Source: Planctomycetota bacterium (GTDB lineage Bacteria > Planctomycetota > GCA-002687715 > CAIWVZ01). From it: 64,000 nt of DNA. The notes below the pieces were generated by a model that had not been told where the DNA came from, did not search any database, and worked only from the letters and a program-made list of their open reading frames with translations. Shown here piece by piece: positions 59,895-64,000 of this stretch (positions are counted from its first letter, which is position 1; each line of letters opens with the position of its first letter). The DNA is taken from contig JBGANV010000002.1 of assembly GCA_044222185.1 (NCBI GenBank), forward strand, positions 288,001 to 352,000, given 5' to 3'. Position numbers and translations under genes: made by a program.

Positions 59895-61204
59895 CAGATC
59901 CGCTCCCGCCGCTTGATGTCGAGATAGGTCGAGAGGAGCTGCGCCGAGAGCTCGCCCGGGGCGCACTCGAGGCACATGGCGCCCGCGCGTCGGAGCCGCG
60001 TGAAGACGACCTCGCGCTCGCGGAGGAAGTCGCCGGCGACGGCGGCCCTGTGAACGTCCTCCATTGCCTGGAACGGCGCCTGGACGAGGGCAGTGAGCGC
60101 CGGATCACGCATGGACACGAAGAGTACGAGATGCCGCGTGGCGAGGTGTCCCACGGTTTCGAGCATGAGGCGCGCAGCCACGTCATCCACGAAGTCGGTC
60201 AACAAGACGACGAGCGACCGCCGCCGGAGCCGCGTACCCAGGACCGAGATCGCCAGCGTGTAATTCGATTCGTCCGTCGAGTACGCGAGCTCGCTCGACC
60301 TCTGCCGCAGAAGCCCGAAGCTCTTCGCGCCAGAGACGGGCTCGACCCAGGACCCTGGACGCGCGCCGAACGAATACAGTCCGATGCGATCGCCGCTCCG
60401 CAGCCCGCCCCAGGCGAGGAGGAGTCCGGCGGTGATCGCGTGGTCGAGCCGAGGCACACCGTTCAGGGGCTCGGCCATGAGGTGCCCCGTGTCGATGGCG
60501 ATCACGACCTGCTGATCGCGCTCGGCACGGAACTCCTGGCTGAGGAGCTTGCGGTGACGCGCCGAGGCCTTCCAGCTTATGGCTCGGTGATCGAGGCCTG
60601 GCACGTAATCCCGGAGCGAGTCGAACTCCGATCCTTCCCCGACGAACCGCATGCGCTTCGGCCCGAACCAGGCTTCGCGATTGCGCGCCACCGTGATCGC
60701 CGCCGTGTGCACGGGTTTCAGGTTCGGAACCACGATGACCTCGTGCGCGGTGTTCACCAGTTTGCGGCGTTCGAAGAGGCCGAACGGGCCTTGCCAGCGC
60801 AGCCACACTCGCTCGATCCGGCCGACACCCCGACGGCGCGCCATCAGCGGAACGGAAGCAAGGGCACGCCCGTCCGCACCCGTCGTCACGACGACGCCCG
60901 CGATCGGAGCGAAGAGCTCGTTGACCTCGCAGAGCATGGCCAGCCGGAGCCGCGAGCGCGACCCGGCGATGATGGTGACGTGGCACGCTCCGGCGGAACC
61001 GATCTCCAACGACTTCGGCGCCTGCGACTCGACGATCACGCGAGCGGCCGGCACCGCGAGCGTCAGGTCGATGACCATGAGGGCGACGATCAGCGCGGTC
61101 ACGGCAACCGCGGCGAGCCACAGCCCCGGCGCCACGAGCGCGGGAAGCAACGCCACGGGCAGCGCGGCGAGGAGGAGAAGGACGGCTCGGATCGTCGGGA
61201 CCAT
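59894..61204 (-). CDS. DUF58 domain protein
   Basis: GSEFDSLRDYVPG, ISWKASAR, IDTGHLM, GDRIGL and LVVLLTD motifs. Confidence 0.9.
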   Translation of the reverse strand: MVPTIRAVLLLLAALPVALLPALVAPGLWLAAVAVTALIVALMVIDLTLAVPAARVIVESQAPKSLEIGSAGACHVTIIAGSRSRLRLAMLCEVNELFAPIAGVVVTTGADGRALASVPLMARRRGVGRIERVWLRWQGPFGLFERRKLVNTAHEVIVVPNLKPVHTAAITVARNREAWFGPKRMRFVGEGSEFDSLRDYVPGLDHRAISWKASARHRKLLSQEFRAERDQQVVIAIDTGHLMAEPLNGVPRLDHAITAGLLLAWGGLRSGDRIGLYSFGARPGSWVEPVSGAKSFGLLRQRSSELAYSTDESNYTLAISVLGTRLRRRSLVVLLTDFVDDVAARLMLETVGHLATRHLVLFVSMRDPALTALVQAPFQAMEDVHRAAVAGDFLREREVVFTRLRRAGAMCLECAPGELSAQLLSTYLDIKRRERI

Positions 61205-61210
61205 GCTGTT

Positions 61211-62167
61211 TCAGCGTGGAGCGGGAACTTCCGCCAGCACCTGCCCGATCACCGCCTCCGGCGCGATGCCGTCGATCTCGGCACTGGGCGACATCAGGAT
61301 GCGGTGGCGCAACGCCGGCAGCGCCACGCGCTTCACGTCGTCAGGTACGACGAACTCGCGCCCGTCGAGGGCTGCCGCCGCGCGACTCGCCGTCGTCAAC
61401 ATGTTCGTCGATCGCGGCGACGCCCCGCAGAGCAGCGAGCTGTTCTGCCGCGTCGCTCGCACGATGTCGACGGCGTAGTCGATGATGGGATCGGCCAGCG
61501 TGATGTTCGCCAGAGCCGCGCGGGCCTCCGAGAGCGCCGGGCCGTCGGCCACGGGCGTCACGCCGAACGCGTGCGGATCCGCGAGCACCGTTCGGCTTCC
61601 GTGCAGGCGGACCATGGCGCGCTCCTCGTCCCGCGACGGATACCCAACCGGGATCTTGAACATGAAGCGGTCGAGCTGAGCTTCGGGGAGCGGATAGGTG
61701 CCCTCCTGTTCGATGGGGTTCTGCGTGGCGATGACGAGGAACCACGCGCCGAGCGGATGCGTCTTTCCGTCGATCGACACCGCCTGCTCCTGCATCGCCT
61801 GGAGGAGCGCCGCCTGCGTCTTCGGCGGCGTACGGTTGATCTCGTCTGCGAGGAGGAGGTCCGTGAAGATCGGCCCTTTCACCAAGGAGAAGGTGTTCGA
61901 CTGGAAGTTGAACAGGTTCGTGCCGAGGACGTCGCCCGGCATGAGGTCCGGGGTGAACTGGATTCGATTGAACGCCAGTGCGAGTGCCGATGCGAACGAA
62001 CGCGCGAGCAGCGTCTTCGCCGTTCCCGGCACGCCTTCCAGGAGGACGTGGCCGTTGCACAACAACGCCATCATGAAGAGATCGATGGCGTCGTCGTGAC
62101 CGACGATCACCTTGCGGACCTCCGCGCGCAGGCGTTCACCGAGGGCTTGGATCTCGACGGGGGTCAT
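61211..62167 (-). CDS. moxR: MoxR family AAA+ ATPase
   Basis: [62 protein letters not shown] and GASPR. Confidence 0.93.
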   Translation of the reverse strand: MTPVEIQALGERLRAEVRKVIVGHDDAIDLFMMALLCNGHVLLEGVPGTAKTLLARSFASALALAFNRIQFTPDLMPGDVLGTNLFNFQSNTFSLVKGPIFTDLLLADEINRTPPKTQAALLQAMQEQAVSIDGKTHPLGAWFLVIATQNPIEQEGTYPLPEAQLDRFMFKIPVGYPSRDEERAMVRLHGSRTVLADPHAFGVTPVADGPALSEARAALANITLADPIIDYAVDIVRATRQNSSLLCGASPRSTNMLTTASRAAAALDGREFVVPDDVKRVALPALRHRILMSPSAEIDGIAPEAVIGQVLAEVPAPR

Positions 62168-63486
62168 AAGTCTCCTGATGAGGATTGGACCGCGCCGGCG
62201 TCGCGAGGCAGGGCGGGTGTTCGTGACGTGGTGATGCGGCCTTTGTGTGCAAGTCCCCGGGGATCGAACTCCCGGGCCCACTGCTGGAGGCGGCGTGCGA
62301 GTTCGAGGAAGGTGTCGGGCGACGCCTTGCGGTCACGGCGCGCGGCGCCGATCTCTCCCGTCAACTTCGCGAAGTCGTCGGTCGTACCACGGGCCATCCC
62401 CAGTCGGGCGAGCGCCGGAACCAGAGTCTTGCGGTCGCCACGCAGATCGGCCGGCACCTGGCGAGCCGCCTCGTGCGTCACCTGATCGAGGATCCGGCGC
62501 AGGGACTCACCGTGGTGGCCCGCATGCGCGAGCAGTGACGCGGTGTTCTCGATGAGGAATGCCTTGCCCACCTCGAAGGGCGGAGCGAGCGGCGCAGGCG
62601 ATCCGAATCGGCGAGCTCCGGCCCACAACGCGAGCACCGCCGCGAGGAGGAACTGCACCGTGGCGACCACCAGGGGAAACTCGAAGAGCGTTCGGAAGAA
62701 CGACGTGGGCCGCACGAAGCCATGGATCGTCTCGTCGATGACGATGGGAGACCACCGTGTGGACCGGACCCGGTCGATGATCTTCAACGCCAGCGCGGCG
62801 TTGTCCCCGGCGTGCAGGCCATGGTTCTCGAAGATGTCGGGATCGGAGACGACGACGAGATGGGTTCCATCCACCTCGGTCTCGCCCACGAGGATCTGGC
62901 CGGCATTCGAGAGGATCGGTTTCAACGCGCCGGACCGGAGGAGTTGCGGCTGGGTCAACGTCGGGCGGGGGAAATCACCGGTCCATGCGTCGACCATCAC
63001 CGGCGCCGGCACCACGGTGACGCCGCGAACGAACGGCACGAGCACGCCCTCGATCGCCCGGATCGGTATGGGCGTGACCTTCTCCACCTCGGTCTCGTTG
63101 GTGGGGCTCGGGAATCCCCGCCATTTCGGAAGCACGAGCAGGACCTCGCTCGCTTCCCGCACGATCGCTGCGAGAGCACTCGCGTGAGTCGCGCCACCCG
63201 AAGTCACGTTCGGCTCCAGGACCACGACGGCGCCGTCCTCGCCGGCGCGCTCCACCGATCTGGCACGGCTCGTGATCACCGGGAGTTTCATCTCGCGCAG
63301 CAGCTCGACGAACGCGTGATGCCCGATGGCGGAGCGGCTGTACCCATTGGCCGCGACGGCCTGTTCGGCGTTCTCCGACCTGGCCAGGGTCCCAGCGGCG
63401 AAAGCGCAAACGAGGGAGACCACTCCCGACGTCACGAGGATCCCGGTCATACGGCGGGAGAAGATCGGTGGGTCTGAGTCGGTCAC
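62164..63486 (-). CDS. DUF4350-like membrane protein of the MoxR operon
   Basis: N-terminal [18 protein letters not shown]...DNA, IDETIHG, TM then RRFG. Overlaps the moxR start. Confidence 0.75.
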   Translation of the reverse strand: MTDSDPPIFSRRMTGILVTSGVVSLVCAFAAGTLARSENAEQAVAANGYSRSAIGHHAFVELLREMKLPVITSRARSVERAGEDGAVVVLEPNVTSGGATHASALAAIVREASEVLLVLPKWRGFPSPTNETEVEKVTPIPIRAIEGVLVPFVRGVTVVPAPVMVDAWTGDFPRPTLTQPQLLRSGALKPILSNAGQILVGETEVDGTHLVVVSDPDIFENHGLHAGDNAALALKIIDRVRSTRWSPIVIDETIHGFVRPTSFFRTLFEFPLVVATVQFLLAAVLALWAGARRFGSPAPLAPPFEVGKAFLIENTASLLAHAGHHGESLRRILDQVTHEAARQVPADLRGDRKTLVPALARLGMARGTTDDFAKLTGEIGAARRDRKASPDTFLELARRLQQWAREFDPRGLAHKGRITTSRTPALPRDAGAVQSSSGDL

Positions 63487-64000
63487 GCGGCCGCCGCTCC
63501 GAGCCGCGTGAATGCGTCGCGGCAGAACTCGAAATCCCGGGATCCCAGTGGATCGCGAGCGAAGACCGCGCGCTCAGTCCCCTGAACGAGCACCCGCAAC
63601 GGCGCCCGCATCTCCTCGGGGAGCTTGGCGGTGCGCAACACCTCCCGACTGGTCGAGGCCGTGGGAAGCTCGGTGCCCGTCTTCCGCACGACGAGATCCA
63701 ACGCGCGTAGCAGCAAGGCATGTATCGCTTCACCGAAACGTCCCGCCCGTGCCAATGCTTCGGCGTCCGGCACGTCCGACCCGGTCGACGCAGTCTCCGG
63801 CGGTTCGACGGGCTCGATGCGCGCCACGTTCGGCGGCGGCTCCGAGTCCGCGGCCGGGCGCTTCCATCCCCTCGCTGCGAGGACGAGTGCGACGACGACG
63901 ATGACGACGAAGGCAACGGCGGCGATCGTCAGGAATGCGCTCGCCGCCGTTCCGATCCCGCGCAATCGGTTCCGTACCGGTTCACGGGGTTCATCCGACG
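63483..64000 (-). CDS. DUF4129-like protein (5' end beyond window)
   Basis: Frame is open to the window edge. TM helix, AEALARAGRFGEAIHAL and TSRE motifs. Lies upstream of the DUF4350-like gene. Confidence 0.7.
   Translation of the reverse strand, partial: SDEPREPVRNRLRGIGTAASAFLTIAAVAFVVIVVVALVLAARGWKRPAADSEPPPNVARIEPVEPPETASTGSDVPDAEALARAGRFGEAIHALLLRALDLVVRKTGTELPTASTSREVLRTAKLPEEMRAPLRVLVQGTERAVFARDPLGSRDFEFCRDAFTRLGAAAA

Overview
Very high-GC (roughly 70% by eye) bacterial DNA. The gene content (Ser/Thr kinase-TPR proteins next to an ECF sigma factor, DUF1573, many signal-peptide hydrolases, a MoxR-DUF58-SpoIIM-RDD operon) suggests a Planctomycetota-type organism; this is inference. About 43 CDS can be supported, and I found no rRNA, tRNA, transposase or CRISPR. 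Most genes encode secreted peptidases/hydrolases, redox enzymes (cytochrome c peroxidase, IorAB-type molybdoenzyme, multicopper oxidase, AhpD/CMD proteins) and signalling proteins. The best candidate for an undescribed system is a five-gene minus-strand cluster at 50878-57549. It encodes a secreted 16-cysteine small protein with a Gly-Gly-ending pro-segment, a carboxypeptidase-regulatory-like repeat protein, an exported C39 peptidase-DUF1573 fusion with no ABC transporter, a membrane-anchored hypothetical protein and a MauE-thioredoxin(CxxC) fusion. Together these look like an extracytoplasmic maturation pathway for a disulfide-rich peptide. Other signals: (i) a ~110-aa C-terminal domain apparently shared by four unrelated exported proteins (possible sorting domain); (ii) a recurrent (D/E/A/T)SRP motif in linkers of exported proteins; (iii) four intergenic clusters of a modular GGA(A/G)C-hairpin REP-like family; (iv) a sigma-54 promoter with a palindromic enhancer-like site in an AhpD redox island. 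All family names come from motif recognition, not database searches.
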